Numbered from the stretch's first letter, positions 9,174-19,055 are shown. The stretch is 64,000 nucleotides of DNA from Flavobacteriales bacterium (GCA_007125175.1 SLDS01000008.1:2156-66155); one strand, 5' to 3'. Notes: generated from the sequence alone by a model not told the origin. Numbers and translations are program-made.

Positions 9174-10358
9174 TTAAATTCTCATCAAAAGGCGGTCGTA
9201 CAAGCCTCTGATATCTTCCACCAGGCGTCTATAGTGGAATTTATCTTTCACGTGTAGCCAACCTTTTTCACCCATTTTTGCCCTGAGCTCATCGTCATCA
9301 ATGAGCTTCAGCAAATTGTGTCCAAAGGCTTCTACATCCCCCACCGGGCTCAGCAGGGCCGTTTCTCCCTTGATCACTACATCGCTGATGCCACCTACCT
9401 CTGTGCTCACGATGGGAAGGTTGGCTGCCTGGGCCTCGATCAGGCTTACAGGGGTGCCTTCATTGAGGGAGCTGAGCACCATGATGTCGCAGCCGGCGTT
9501 TACCTCATCCACCTCCTTGATCCATGAGGTGAAGTGAATATCGGCAGGGTCTTCTGTTCCACCGCTGTATATCAGGCCGAGGGACTTGCAATAGGCTTCC
9601 AATTCTGCGCGCAGCTCTCCATCTCCCACTACAAATACCTTGAATGCCTTCTTGCTCCGGGCTTTTGCCCACTTCACAGCTTCAAAGAAGAGCTTGTGGT
9701 TTTTTATCGGGACCAGCCTCCCGACAATGCAAATGGCTACGTCGCCCTCTTTCAAGCCATAGCGCTTCCTGAAGCGCGTCCTCTTTCCCGCGATATCAAG
9801 CTGAAATCTTTGCAGATCAAATCCCAATGGAATTACTTCAACCTTTTCGGCGGGGCATATGTGGTGTTGATATACGAGCTCTTCTTTCTGCTTGTCGCTA
9901 ATGGCTACAATGGCGGTACTGATACGGGCCAGGCTGCGCTCCAGCCTTTTGTAAAAGGCGGTAAGCGCGGGATTGAAGTAGGAGTGAAAGACGTGACCGT
10001 GAAAGGTGTGTACAATGACCGGAACTCCGAGCTTATGGGCTGCATAGCGACCGAGGGCACCTGGTTTTGAGGCATGTGTGTGTACCACATCGGGCTTGTA
10101 ATCGCCTATGAGCTCCTTGAGCTGCCGATAGGCTTCCAAATCCTTATGCGGACGTATGGGGCGTCGCATTTTGTCGATGATTCGGGCTTCCAGGCCCAGC
10201 TCCTCCACGATAAATTCCGAGCTGTCCTCACTCTCATCTTTCATCCCGCCTATCAAGAGGCTCTCATAGTCTCCATCCAAGTAGGCACTGAGATAGGCTG
10301 CATTGTAAGTGGGGCCTCCCAGATTGAATCGATTGATAATGCGCAATACCCTTGGCAT
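9174..10358 (-). CDS. Glycosyltransferase, GT-B fold, family 4
   Basis: N-terminal RIINRFNLGGP and C-terminal EGTPVSLIEAQAANLPIVSTEVGG, typical of GT4. The track start (10364) is GTG; an ATG two codons downstream (10358) is used here. Confidence 0.85.
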   Translation of the reverse strand: MPRVLRIINRFNLGGPTYNAAYLSAYLDGDYESLLIGGMKDESEDSSEFIVEELGLEARIIDKMRRPIRPHKDLEAYRQLKELIGDYKPDVVHTHASKPGALGRYAAHKLGVPVIVHTFHGHVFHSYFNPALTAFYKRLERSLARISTAIVAISDKQKEELVYQHHICPAEKVEVIPLGFDLQRFQLDIAGKRTRFRKRYGLKEGDVAICIVGRLVPIKNHKLFFEAVKWAKARSKKAFKVFVVGDGELRAELEAYCKSLGLIYSGGTEDPADIHFTSWIKEVDEVNAGCDIMVLSSLNEGTPVSLIEAQAANLPIVSTEVGGISDVVIKGETALLSPVGDVEAFGHNLLKLIDDDELRAKMGEKGWLHVKDKFHYRRLVEDIRGLYDRLLMRI

Positions 10359-10371
10359 GTTCACTTGCAGA

Positions 10372-12282
10372 TCAGAGCACGGGCGATGTGCTGTTCAACA
10401 ATCCTTCCTTCACCTGCTTTTCCCACCAATGCTGGAAGATGAAAATGGCCCAAAGGGTATGCGGAGCGTCACCGGGATTGGCCGTTTTCAGCTGCCGTTT
10501 GAGCCTGGCTACGGCCTTTTCGGCAAATATGCCTTGCTCGTGCAGCAAATCGGTGGCAGTGAGCCTTTCCAATTCACCGCTCAGCACACCCCTGAGCCAG
10601 TGTGCCAGTGGAGCCTCGAAACCTTTCTTGCCGCGCTCGAAAAATCCGGGAGGGAAATCTGCGCTAAAGGCTTCGCGCAGCAGCTTCTTGCCTGTGATGG
10701 TGTCCAGCTTTGCACTCGCGGGCAAGCCGGAGATGAATTCCACCAGACGGTGATCCAAAAATGGGGTGCGCACCTCCAAGGCGTGATGCATGCTCATGCT
10801 GTCCACCTTGTAGAGCATGTCATTGGGGAGCACAAGGGCTATATCTGTAAGCAGAACCGTATTGAAGTCTTCCGGATTGAGCCCCTCCAGTTTTTCGCGG
10901 ATGCTGGGTTGCAGGCTCAGGTTGGGATGGGCTTGTAGCAGGGCCCTTACCCGTGTATCGCGGGTGAATGATGCCCAAGCGAGGTAGCGTTCGCCAAATT
11001 CGAGGCGCAATCCGCGGCTGTATCGTTTCAGTTTGCGCATTCGGTTGAAGAATCCGTTGCTGCGAGAGCCGGGCAAAAATTCCAATGCCGGAGCTGTACT
11101 GCGGAGGGTTCGGTTGATGGGGTCGCGCCTCAGGGAGCGCAGCAGCGCCCGGTGCTTGTTGTAGCCGCCCAGCAGCTCGTCGGCACCATCGCCACTCAGG
11201 GCTACTTTCACCTCCTGCCGGGCATGCTTTGACAGCACGTTGACCAGTACGCTTGAGGAATCCGCAAAGGGCTCATCGATGGCTTCGAGTATGTGCTCGA
11301 GCTGCTCCTCCATATCGCGCGCCCTCACCTCGATCAAGTGATGCTTGAGCCCTAAGTGTCTGGCTGTTTCTCTCGCGGCTTTACTTTCGTCAAAAAATGA
11401 CTGCTCCGGAAAGCCGATCGAGAAGGCGGGAATATCCGGCTTACAGCGGGCTGCCAGAAGGCTTATCACCGATGAATCCAAGCCTCCGCTCAGAAAAGTT
11501 CCCACGGGCACATCGGCATATATGCGCTTGTGCACGGCATCCTGTAGTAAATCCCGAAACCTTTCAGCCACCGGAAGCTCTGATCGCAATTTGTCAGCAT
11601 TTGTCTCAAGGCGGTACCATCTTTTGCGTTCTATGCGCTCCCCTTTGCAGTGGATGAGCTCTCCGGGCGCGAGCTTGCTCGTGCCGGATATGATGCTCTC
11701 AGGTGCAGGGATATAGCTGAGCTGTAAATAACTGAACAAGCTCTTGCGGTCTATCTGGTTGTTTTGGCTGAAGGCCATGACACAGCCCAGCTTGCTGCCG
11801 AAGATCAGTTCTCCCTGCTCGCTCATGCGAAAATAGCAGGGCTTGATGCCGAAGCGATCGCGCGCAAGTATCAGTTCATGAGCCGCGGAATCGTAGAAGG
11901 CAAAGGCAAAAAAGCCATTGACCCTGTGCAGGAAATCGGCCCCTTCGTATATCAGACCATGGAGCAAAACTTCGGTATCGCTGCTGCTGCGCGGCTCGAA
12001 TCCATAGCGATCGCTCAGTTCTTTCGAGAGCTCGCGGTAATTGTACACTTCGCCATTGTAGGCGATGTGATAGCGACCGCCGGGATCGCTCATGGGCTGA
12101 TTGGCACGGGCATCGGTATCGATGATGGACAGCCTCCTGTGGCCGAGGGCGGCCTTATCCCAGCCCTCTATACCCGACGCATCGGGGCCTCGGTGAGCAA
12201 TGATCTCAACCGCTTTGCGCAGCGAGTCCATCTGGTTTGGCACCAGATTCGCTTTAGACCATATTCCCGCGATGCCACACAC
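10372..12282 (-). CDS. asnB: Asparagine synthase (glutamine-hydrolysing), AsnB family amidotransferase
   Basis: Ntn-amidotransferase N-terminus (M)CGIAGIW requires Cys at position 2. This fixes the start at GTG 12282..12280 rather than the track start 12324. PP-loop FLSGGLDSS is present. Confidence 0.9.
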   Translation of the reverse strand: MCGIAGIWSKANLVPNQMDSLRKAVEIIAHRGPDASGIEGWDKAALGHRRLSIIDTDARANQPMSDPGGRYHIAYNGEVYNYRELSKELSDRYGFEPRSSSDTEVLLHGLIYEGADFLHRVNGFFAFAFYDSAAHELILARDRFGIKPCYFRMSEQGELIFGSKLGCVMAFSQNNQIDRKSLFSYLQLSYIPAPESIISGTSKLAPGELIHCKGERIERKRWYRLETNADKLRSELPVAERFRDLLQDAVHKRIYADVPVGTFLSGGLDSSVISLLAARCKPDIPAFSIGFPEQSFFDESKAARETARHLGLKHHLIEVRARDMEEQLEHILEAIDEPFADSSSVLVNVLSKHARQEVKVALSGDGADELLGGYNKHRALLRSLRRDPINRTLRSTAPALEFLPGSRSNGFFNRMRKLKRYSRGLRLEFGERYLAWASFTRDTRVRALLQAHPNLSLQPSIREKLEGLNPEDFNTVLLTDIALVLPNDMLYKVDSMSMHHALEVRTPFLDHRLVEFISGLPASAKLDTITGKKLLREAFSADFPPGFFERGKKGFEAPLAHWLRGVLSGELERLTATDLLHEQGIFAEKAVARLKRQLKTANPGDAPHTLWAIFIFQHWWEKQVKEGLLNSTSPVL

Positions 12283-12347
12283 CTTTTGTACGGCTAAAGT
12301 ATACCAAAGCCGCCTTATTTGCATTAAGATTGTAGGGAATATCTCAA

Positions 12348-13805
12348 ATGAATAATATTCTATCCATACTCCGCCCGGCTTTGACTTGTATAGTCAGCTT
12401 TTTAGGGCTTTTTCAAGTCAGCGCCCAGGATCCTATCTCGGGCTCGCTTATTTCTGCTCCGGCTTTAAGAGGGGCCTTGGTATCGGCGGTGCTCATCGAC
12501 CTGGAGACCGGTGAGGAGCTCTCGAGCCACCGGCCTACAGATCGCCTATGCCCGGCCTCGGTGTGGAAATTGCTCACCTGCACAGCGGCTCTTGAGAGTC
12601 TCGGCCCCGATTTCAACTTTCGCACCCTTCTGGCCTATCGCGGCGATATTATCCAAGATACCCTCCATGGCGACCTCATTGTCCTCGGTGGTGGTGACCC
12701 CAGCCTGGCTTCGTCCTATTTTCAGCCGGATCTCGATCAACTGCTATCCTCCTGGGCCACTGCTATCAGGGCCAAAGGTATCGCGGTGGTGAGAGGTGAC
12801 ATTCGCGCATACACCGGCCACTTCGAGGGTGATGGCATTCCCGGTACACGGGTATGGGAGGATATGGCCAATTACTACGGAGCTGCTGTGTACGGCCTCA
12901 ATGTGTACGACAACAGCTATTCCATCCATTTTGACACAGGTACAGAGGCCGGAGTCCTCACCCGTATCACAGCCATTCGTCCGGAAGTACCTGAGCTCAG
13001 CTTGAGCAATGAAGTGCTCAGCGCGCGAGGGGGCGGAGATCAGGCCTATATTTTTGGTGCTCCGGGCACCACCCGCAGGAGTATACGCGGCACTCTGCCC
13101 ATGGGGCACAAGGATTTTGCCATCAGGGGTAGCTTGCCCGATCCACCTCAATTTCTCCTCCACCACTTGCATAGGCACATGGCCGCACAGGGAATCGCCA
13201 TTGATGGAAAGCCCATCATCGAAAGTAATGAAATACCGGAGCCTGCTACCCTCAGGCTCATTTTAGAGCATCGCTCCCCGCCGCTGAAGGATTTGGTGAG
13301 GCACACACTGGTGAAGAGCGACAACCTATTCGCTGAGACCCTGCTCAGGCAGCTGGGGCATCTGCAAGGCAGCAGCAGCCTCAACGGAGCCTTGGAAGCA
13401 CTGCGCAATCACTTTGCATGGATGGATGCTGAGGGTGGTCGGGCCTTTTTTGCTTACGATGGCAGTGGATTGTCGCGATTTACCAGTATCAGCGCGAGGT
13501 CGCTGGCTGCGCTAATGCATCGTGCCTACAGCGATGATGTACTGCGCCCATACATGCTCGAGGCATTGCCAAAGGCAGGGCAAGAGGGTACCATGAAATA
13601 CTTCGTAAGAGGTACTTCGCTGGAGGGACAAGCCAAGATCAAAAGCGGCTCTATGGATGGGGTGCGGGCCATAGCCGGGCACTTCGAGTCGGCTGGCGGC
13701 CGCCAATTGGCTTGTGTGCTTATGGTCAATGCTTATGAAGGCTCATCCACGGAGGTTCGCAAGGCCATGGAGGGCTACTTGCTCGAAGCCTACAGGCATT
13801 ACTGA
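12348..13805 (+). CDS. dacB: D-alanyl-D-alanine carboxypeptidase/endopeptidase (PBP4, peptidase S13)
   Basis: Signal peptide. Active-site triad motifs SVWK (SxxK), SDN (KSDNLFAE) and KSG (KIKSGSMDG). Length of 485 aa fits PBP4. Confidence 0.9.
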   Translation: MNNILSILRPALTCIVSFLGLFQVSAQDPISGSLISAPALRGALVSAVLIDLETGEELSSHRPTDRLCPASVWKLLTCTAALESLGPDFNFRTLLAYRGDIIQDTLHGDLIVLGGGDPSLASSYFQPDLDQLLSSWATAIRAKGIAVVRGDIRAYTGHFEGDGIPGTRVWEDMANYYGAAVYGLNVYDNSYSIHFDTGTEAGVLTRITAIRPEVPELSLSNEVLSARGGGDQAYIFGAPGTTRRSIRGTLPMGHKDFAIRGSLPDPPQFLLHHLHRHMAAQGIAIDGKPIIESNEIPEPATLRLILEHRSPPLKDLVRHTLVKSDNLFAETLLRQLGHLQGSSSLNGALEALRNHFAWMDAEGGRAFFAYDGSGLSRFTSISARSLAALMHRAYSDDVLRPYMLEALPKAGQEGTMKYFVRGTSLEGQAKIKSGSMDGVRAIAGHFESAGGRQLACVLMVNAYEGSSTEVRKAMEGYLLEAYRHY

Positions 13806-13821
13806 GGTCGCGGCATTGGCT

Positions 13822-14691
13822 TTAGAAGGCCATGCGTATGGTGCGTGTCTGCTCCTGAGCTTCGCGCTCCTCCTTATCGAGACAGTATCGTTTGTAGATT
13901 TCTCTTGACTCCTTGTCGCCCAGCTGCATGGCTTCCTGATAGGCTTCGCAAGAGGCTTCTGACTCGCCTACGTAGAATAAGGCTTCTCCCAGGCTGAAAT
14001 AGTAGTCTGCCGTGTTGGAAAGTGCATCTACATCAATTTTTTGCAATAGGGATACCGCTTTCCCATAATCTTTTTCACGCAGGTGAAGCACGGCGATATT
14101 GTACCTGGCTGTTTCCAGTTTTGGGTCCAGGTCGAGGGCGGCTTGATAGTCGCGCAATGCGAGATCGGGCCTGTCGAGCTCAGCATAGCTGGCCGCACGC
14201 ATGTAGAGGGCATCGCGGTAGGTGGGGCGCAGACGTATGGCTTCATCGTAGCACTGTATAGCGGCACGCACCCTAAAGTCGAAGTACTTCACATTTCCCA
14301 TGTAGTAGTGGGCTTCCGGAAGTTCATTGTCGGTCTTGAGGGCCTTCTTGAGTCTTTTCTCAGCCTCGCCATACTGCTCGAGATTGATGAATGCTGAGCC
14401 CCAATTTGCATAGAGCAAAGCATCGTCGGGCTTTTGCTTGGCCGCCTTTTCATAGGCTTGTATAGCGGCGACGTACTTTTCCTCTTTTTGATAACAATCT
14501 CCTTGAAGCCTCAGGGCATCAGTATTGTCAGATTCTCCTTCTATCAGGGTGTTGAGCACGCGGAGCGATTCGGCATAGCGCCCTTCCAAATAGAGGCTTT
14601 TGGCATAAGCCATGGGATCCATTTGGGCATTTGCCGCCAGGCTGAATGCCATCACAAAAAGGAAAGACGCAAGTCTCATAGCCCTTTTCAT
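13822..14691 (-). CDS. Secreted tetratricopeptide-repeat (TPR) protein
   Basis: Signal peptide (LASFLFVMAFSLAANAQ) followed by about seven 34-residue repeats with the A..Y..A/ALxxxP TPR pattern. Confidence 0.75.
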   Translation of the reverse strand: MKRAMRLASFLFVMAFSLAANAQMDPMAYAKSLYLEGRYAESLRVLNTLIEGESDNTDALRLQGDCYQKEEKYVAAIQAYEKAAKQKPDDALLYANWGSAFINLEQYGEAEKRLKKALKTDNELPEAHYYMGNVKYFDFRVRAAIQCYDEAIRLRPTYRDALYMRAASYAELDRPDLALRDYQAALDLDPKLETARYNIAVLHLREKDYGKAVSLLQKIDVDALSNTADYYFSLGEALFYVGESEASCEAYQEAMQLGDKESREIYKRYCLDKEEREAQEQTRTIRMAF

Positions 14692-14711
14692 ACGTATGAA
14701 TGCACCAAAAG

Positions 14712-15365
14712 TTAACCCAGGCCGCCGATGTGCTTTGCGTCAAGTTCTAGAAGCGAGTTGAGTTGGAGATGCGCTGCTGCAAATGGAGCCTTGTCCGCAT
14801 CCTCAGGTGCCGGGATGACTGCGCAATACATGCGCGCCGCCAAAGCTGCCACCATGCCGTGGATGGAGTCTTCGAGCACCAGGCAATCCCTGACTCCAAT
14901 ATCGAGACCGTGGGCCGCATTGAGAAAAATTTCCGGATGGGGCTTGCCATGGCTCAGGTGCTCAGCGGAGTAGATGCCATCAAATTCGGCCCTGAGCTGG
15001 AAGCGATCCACCATGGCATCGATGAGCCGCATGGGCGAAGAGGAGGCGATGGCTGTTTTCAGCCCCAGGCTTTTGCAGAGTTCGAGCGCCTCTGCTACGC
15101 CCGGCAATGGCTTGGCCTGATGCCGTATATACCGCTCCACGCGGTTCAGAATTTTGCCTTCCACGCTTTTGAGGTCGGGCTCCGACCAGGGCTGCCGGGA
15201 GTGCCAGAGTGCCACTACTTCTGCGAGTCGCCAGCCCATGGTTTCGCGGCAATCATTTTCCGTAAGGGACAAGCCCACCTCGGCAAAGACTTCTATTTCG
15301 GCTTTTCGCCAAAAGGGCTCCGTGTCGACGAGCAGGCCATCCATATCGAATATGACAGCCTTCAT
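14712..15365 (-). CDS. HAD-superfamily hydrolase (beta-phosphoglucomutase/sugar-phosphatase subfamily IA)
   Basis: Motif I directly after the chosen start (MKAVIFDMDGLLVDTE). Motifs IASSS and VLEDSIHG are also present. The track start 15455 would overlap trkH by 90 nt. The ATG at 15365 shares one base with the trkH stop (TGATG). Confidence 0.85.
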   Translation of the reverse strand: MKAVIFDMDGLLVDTEPFWRKAEIEVFAEVGLSLTENDCRETMGWRLAEVVALWHSRQPWSEPDLKSVEGKILNRVERYIRHQAKPLPGVAEALELCKSLGLKTAIASSSPMRLIDAMVDRFQLRAEFDGIYSAEHLSHGKPHPEIFLNAAHGLDIGVRDCLVLEDSIHGMVAALAARMYCAVIPAPEDADKAPFAAAHLQLNSLLELDAKHIGGLG

Positions 15366-16825
15366 CAGTTGCTGCGCCAGAAGTAGGGGCTGAAGATGAT
15401 CAACACGGTGAATATTTCGAGGCGGCCTACGACCATTAGGAAGCCCAGCATCCACTTGCCAAGGGTGGGTATTGCGGCATAGGTTTCAGAGGGGCCAGTG
15501 GCACCGAGTCCGGGGCCTACGTTGCCAATAGCTGAGGCCACTGAGCCCATGGCAGTATAGCCATCAGCACCCATGAATGTGAGCAGTACGGAGCATACCC
15601 CAAATATGGTGAGGTATATGATCACAAAGGCCAGGATGTTTCGGGTCACATCGTGGGGTACTGCTTTGCCATTCACCCTCACAGGTATAATGGCAGAGAG
15701 GTGGAGCTGCCTTCTGAATTCGAGCACGGAATTTTTGGCGATGATCAGGTGCCTCACCACTTTCACACTGCCGGTGGTACTGCCTGCGCAGCCACCTACA
15801 AACATGAGGGTGAAAAAGATAATAGATAAGGCCCCGCCCCAATGTGTGAAGTCGGCCGTGGCGTAGCCTGTGCCTGTGCATAAGGCTAACACTTGAAAGA
15901 GGGACTTTCTGAAGGCATTCTCAAGGCTGTAGTGGTTTTGGAAGATCAATGCCAGGCTTACTATAGCTGTGCAGGTCGCTATGATACCTGCATAAGCTCT
16001 GAATTCTTCGTTTTGGAAAAGCCTGTGGAACTTGCCTTTTGCCAAGAGGTAAAGGAGCACAAAGCTGGTGCCACCAATGAACATGAAAGTACTGATCACG
16101 TACTCCATGTAGTGGCTGTCAAAAGCTGCAATACTATCTTGTTTTGTGCTGAATCCTCCCGTACTCAGGGTGGTGAAACTGTGATTGACTGCATCAAACC
16201 ATCCCATGCCTCCTATCCTGAGCAGCACAGCTTCGGCTAGGGTGAGTGCTATGTATAGCAGCCACAGGCGCTTGGCAGTATCCTGTATGCGTGGCTTGAG
16301 CTTATCGGCTGTGATACCGGGTACCTCGGCCAGGAATAGCTGCATCCCCCCTATGCCCAAATAAGGCAGGATGCTGATCACAAGCACGATGAAACCGAGT
16401 CCTCCCACCCACTGTGTGAGGCTGCGCCAGAGCAGGATGCTGCGCGGCAGGCTTTCAATATCATCCAGTATGGTTGCCCCGGTGGTGGTAAAGCCCGAGA
16501 TACTTTCAAAAAAGGCATCGGTGTAATGCGGTATACTGCCGCTCAGCACATAAGGCAGGGTGCCTGAAAAGGCCATGACAAACCAGCTCATGGTCACGAT
16601 GATGTAGCCATCTCGCTTGCGCACGCTGCGGTGCTGCGGGTGCTTAAAGGTGCTGAAGTAGCAAAGTGCGCCAATGCCAATGCTCAAACCTACAGCGCTG
16701 AGCCATGCCTCCAGGGTGCTCTCACCATCGTACCAGGCCATGGGAAGACAACTCAGCATGAGTCCTGCATTGATAAAGAGCAGGATGCCGATGATGTTGA
16801 TGATGGCTAGGGGGTTGATCTTCAT
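15365..16825 (-). CDS. trkH: Trk-type potassium uptake membrane subunit
   Basis: 486-aa polytopic protein with repeated selectivity-filter-like TTGF/TGG motifs (SGFTTTGAT, LSTGGFS, CTGTGYA, CAGSTTGS). Adjacent to trkA. Confidence 0.9.
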   Translation of the reverse strand: MKINPLAIINIIGILLFINAGLMLSCLPMAWYDGESTLEAWLSAVGLSIGIGALCYFSTFKHPQHRSVRKRDGYIIVTMSWFVMAFSGTLPYVLSGSIPHYTDAFFESISGFTTTGATILDDIESLPRSILLWRSLTQWVGGLGFIVLVISILPYLGIGGMQLFLAEVPGITADKLKPRIQDTAKRLWLLYIALTLAEAVLLRIGGMGWFDAVNHSFTTLSTGGFSTKQDSIAAFDSHYMEYVISTFMFIGGTSFVLLYLLAKGKFHRLFQNEEFRAYAGIIATCTAIVSLALIFQNHYSLENAFRKSLFQVLALCTGTGYATADFTHWGGALSIIFFTLMFVGGCAGSTTGSVKVVRHLIIAKNSVLEFRRQLHLSAIIPVRVNGKAVPHDVTRNILAFVIIYLTIFGVCSVLLTFMGADGYTAMGSVASAIGNVGPGLGATGPSETYAAIPTLGKWMLGFLMVVGRLEIFTVLIIFSPYFWRSN

Positions 16826-16828
16826 GGC

Positions 16829-18169
16829 TTAGCGGAAGTAGCTTTCCACCTTATGGATGCATGACATTTTGGAGAGGATCACCACGTGATCTTTTTCTTC
16901 AAATACGAAATTGCCATCGGGTATTTGGCCTAAGCCGTGGCGTATGACACCTCCTACCACCGAGCTTTTGGGAAAGTCAAGTGATTTGAGTGCCTTGCTA
17001 TTGATCTTTGAGCTGCTTGTTACTTCAAATTCCAGCACCTCTACATCGGCTCCGTGCAGGCTGGTGAGCGAGAGCACTTCGCCCCTTCGTATGTAGCGGA
17101 ATATGAAGTTGGCAGCGATGAGCTTTTTATTGATTAGCGTATCCACACCTATGCTTTGGCTCAGGTGTATGTAGTCTATGTTTTCCACCAGGGCTATGGT
17201 TTTCTTCACGCCGTGGTTCTTGGCCACGAGGCTGGTGATGATGTTGGTTTCGCTATTGCTGGTCAGCGCTATGAAGGCATCCATTTCCGAAAGGTTTTCA
17301 TCTTCGAGGGCATCGAGGTTGCGGCCATCGGCGTTGATGATAAGGGTGTCTTGCAGTTTTTCGGCAAGCTCTATGCAGAGCTCCTTGTCGGGCTCGACCA
17401 GCTTCACGCGGTACTTCTTGCTCAATGCCTTGGCGGCGTGGTAGCCTACGGGCGTGCCACCTAGGATCATGAGGTTTTTGATTTCAATACGCTGCTTTTC
17501 AAAGGCTTGTAGTACCTGCTCCAGGCCTTCGTTATTGGCCACGAAGTAGGCGTGGTCATTGGCAAAGAAGCGGGTATCCTTGCGGGGAATGATGGTTTCA
17601 TTGTTGCGCAGTATGGCTACGGGTATGAAGTTGCCATCGGGGTTGAGATGGGCGCAGTCGGCGATGGTTTTTCCAGTTATACGGCTCTCATTTTCCACCT
17701 TGATGCCGATGAGGGAGAGCTTGCCCTTGTCGAAGTCAATGAAGTCGGTGAGGGCCGATTCCTTGCAGAGCCGTTTGATTTCGCGCGCGGCGAGCGAGGC
17801 AGGTGAGATGAGCTCATCAATGCCCACCTGAGCCAGGTCTAGCTGTTCGCGGTGTTGGAGAAATTCCATATTGTTGATGCGCGCCACCGTTTTCTTGGCG
17901 CCCAGGTGCTTGGCGATGATGCAGGTGGTAAGGTTTGCATCCTCGCTGTTGGTGACCCCTATTACGAGGTCGGCTTTTTGGACACTGGCCTGACCCAGCG
18001 AGCTGTAAGAGGTGCTGCTGCCGCTGATGGTTTGCACATCGAGGTGTTGAGCGATGTATTGAAGCTTGTCGGCATCGGTGTCGATCACTACGATCTCATG
18101 GCCTTCTACTGTGAGCAGTTTGGCGAGGTGAAATCCTACCTCACCAGCCCCTGCAATAATAATCCTCAT
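16829..18169 (-). CDS. trkA: Trk system NAD-binding peripheral subunit
   Basis: Two RCK/NAD-binding halves (MRIIIAGAGEVGFHLA and LMILGGTPVGYHAA). The family N-terminus begins at the Rossmann motif, so the start is placed at ATG 18169. The 68-codon upstream extension in the track is rejected. A TAnnTTTG box lies 27 nt upstream. Confidence 0.9.
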   Translation of the reverse strand: MRIIIAGAGEVGFHLAKLLTVEGHEIVVIDTDADKLQYIAQHLDVQTISGSSTSYSSLGQASVQKADLVIGVTNSEDANLTTCIIAKHLGAKKTVARINNMEFLQHREQLDLAQVGIDELISPASLAAREIKRLCKESALTDFIDFDKGKLSLIGIKVENESRITGKTIADCAHLNPDGNFIPVAILRNNETIIPRKDTRFFANDHAYFVANNEGLEQVLQAFEKQRIEIKNLMILGGTPVGYHAAKALSKKYRVKLVEPDKELCIELAEKLQDTLIINADGRNLDALEDENLSEMDAFIALTSNSETNIITSLVAKNHGVKKTIALVENIDYIHLSQSIGVDTLINKKLIAANFIFRYIRRGEVLSLTSLHGADVEVLEFEVTSSSKINSKALKSLDFPKSSVVGGVIRHGLGQIPDGNFVFEEKDHVVILSKMSCIHKVESYFR

Positions 18170-18196
18170 ATGGACGGACGATCTCCTGTTAGCATG

Positions 18197-18204
18197 CAAA
18201 TATA
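18197..18204 (-). promoter_or_regulatory. Candidate Bacteroidota sigma-A -7 box (TATATTTG) for trkA-trkH-HAD
   Basis: Exact TAnnTTTG on the minus strand, 27 nt upstream of the trkA ATG, in the divergent spacer. Confidence 0.45.
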
Positions 18205-18271
18205 TGCAGAAGCCTCGGGCTGTGCACGGCTTTTTGGGTAGACCTGTGCAATCACATTGTGCATCTGTATC

Positions 18272-18279
18272 TATCTTTG
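18272..18279 (+). promoter_or_regulatory. Candidate -7 box (TATCTTTG) for the AlkD-like gene
   Basis: Exact TAnnTTTG ending 5 nt before the ATG at 18285. This implies a very short or absent 5' leader. Confidence 0.4.
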
Positions 18280-18284
18280 AGCCC

Positions 18285-18959
18285 ATGACTGGCGATAAAG
18301 CAATTGACCACTGTACTGAACAGCTGCTGAAATCTTTGCGCAGCAAGGCCTCGGTGGAAAATGCTCCTGCCATGAAGGCCTATATGAAGCATCGCTTTGA
18401 TTTTCTCGGTGTACAGGCCGGGCCGAGGCGGCAGGTATTTCGGGCTTGGGCGCGCGAGGCCGATCAGTTTCCCGCAGCGCAACTCGCCTTGGCCTTATGG
18501 TCTTATCCCTTTCGGGAAATGCAGTATTGCGCCATCGACCTTCTGATTCACCGTGACAAAAAACCTGTAGCCCAGCGCATAGAGCTTTATGAGCATCTCA
18601 TTTGTACCCATTCATGGTGGGATTCTGTAGACCCGATCGCTTCCAAGCTTGTGGGGCGCTTTTTTATGCAGCGTCCTGAATTGCAGCAGCGATTTATCGA
18701 CAAATGCTTGAAAAGTGACAGCATTTGGCTACAGCGCACCTGCCTTATCTTTCAGCTTCATTACAAGGAGCACACCGATGTGAATGCCCTCGAGCGGTGC
18801 ATCAGCGCCCTCAGGCAATCGGATGAATTCTTCATACAAAAGGCCATCGGGTGGGCTTTGCGCAACTACGCACGACAAGACCCTCAATGGGTGTGCAATC
18901 TGGTCTCGAGGATGCCTTTGGCCCCGCTGAGCCGCCGCGAGGCATTGAAGCATTTGTGA
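18285..18959 (+). CDS. DNA alkylation repair protein (AlkD-like HEAT-repeat family)
   Basis: Family-typical N-terminal region (ENAPAMKAYMKHRFDFLGVQAGPRRQV) and a repeat-rich alpha-helical body of about 224 aa. Start moved to ATG 18285, because the track start 18204 lies in the promoter spacer. Confidence 0.75.
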   Translation: MTGDKAIDHCTEQLLKSLRSKASVENAPAMKAYMKHRFDFLGVQAGPRRQVFRAWAREADQFPAAQLALALWSYPFREMQYCAIDLLIHRDKKPVAQRIELYEHLICTHSWWDSVDPIASKLVGRFFMQRPELQQRFIDKCLKSDSIWLQRTCLIFQLHYKEHTDVNALERCISALRQSDEFFIQKAIGWALRNYARQDPQWVCNLVSRMPLAPLSRREALKHL

Positions 18960-18984
18960 GCTAGCATTCGCTGGAAAGCGGCAT

Positions 18985-19022
18985 GAAAAAACGAAGCACA
19001 CCTGTCGGCGCACTTCGTTTCG
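18985..19022 (-). terminator. Intrinsic terminator after the PDH E2 gene (may also serve the convergent AlkD-like gene)
   Basis: Minus-strand reading AAACGAAG-(16 nt)-CTTCGTTTTTT: a 6-8 bp stem followed by a T-run, located between convergent stops. Confidence 0.45.
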
Positions 19023-19055
19023 TGTTCATCTTGTAATTTGACGATTGCCTGCTGA

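Noticed and set aside
18170-18373. 68-codon N-terminal extension of trkA in the ORF track
   Set aside because: TrkA proteins begin at the Rossmann motif (MRIIIAGAGEVG). The extension is Cys/Ser-rich and covers the divergent promoter region, including an exact -7 box.
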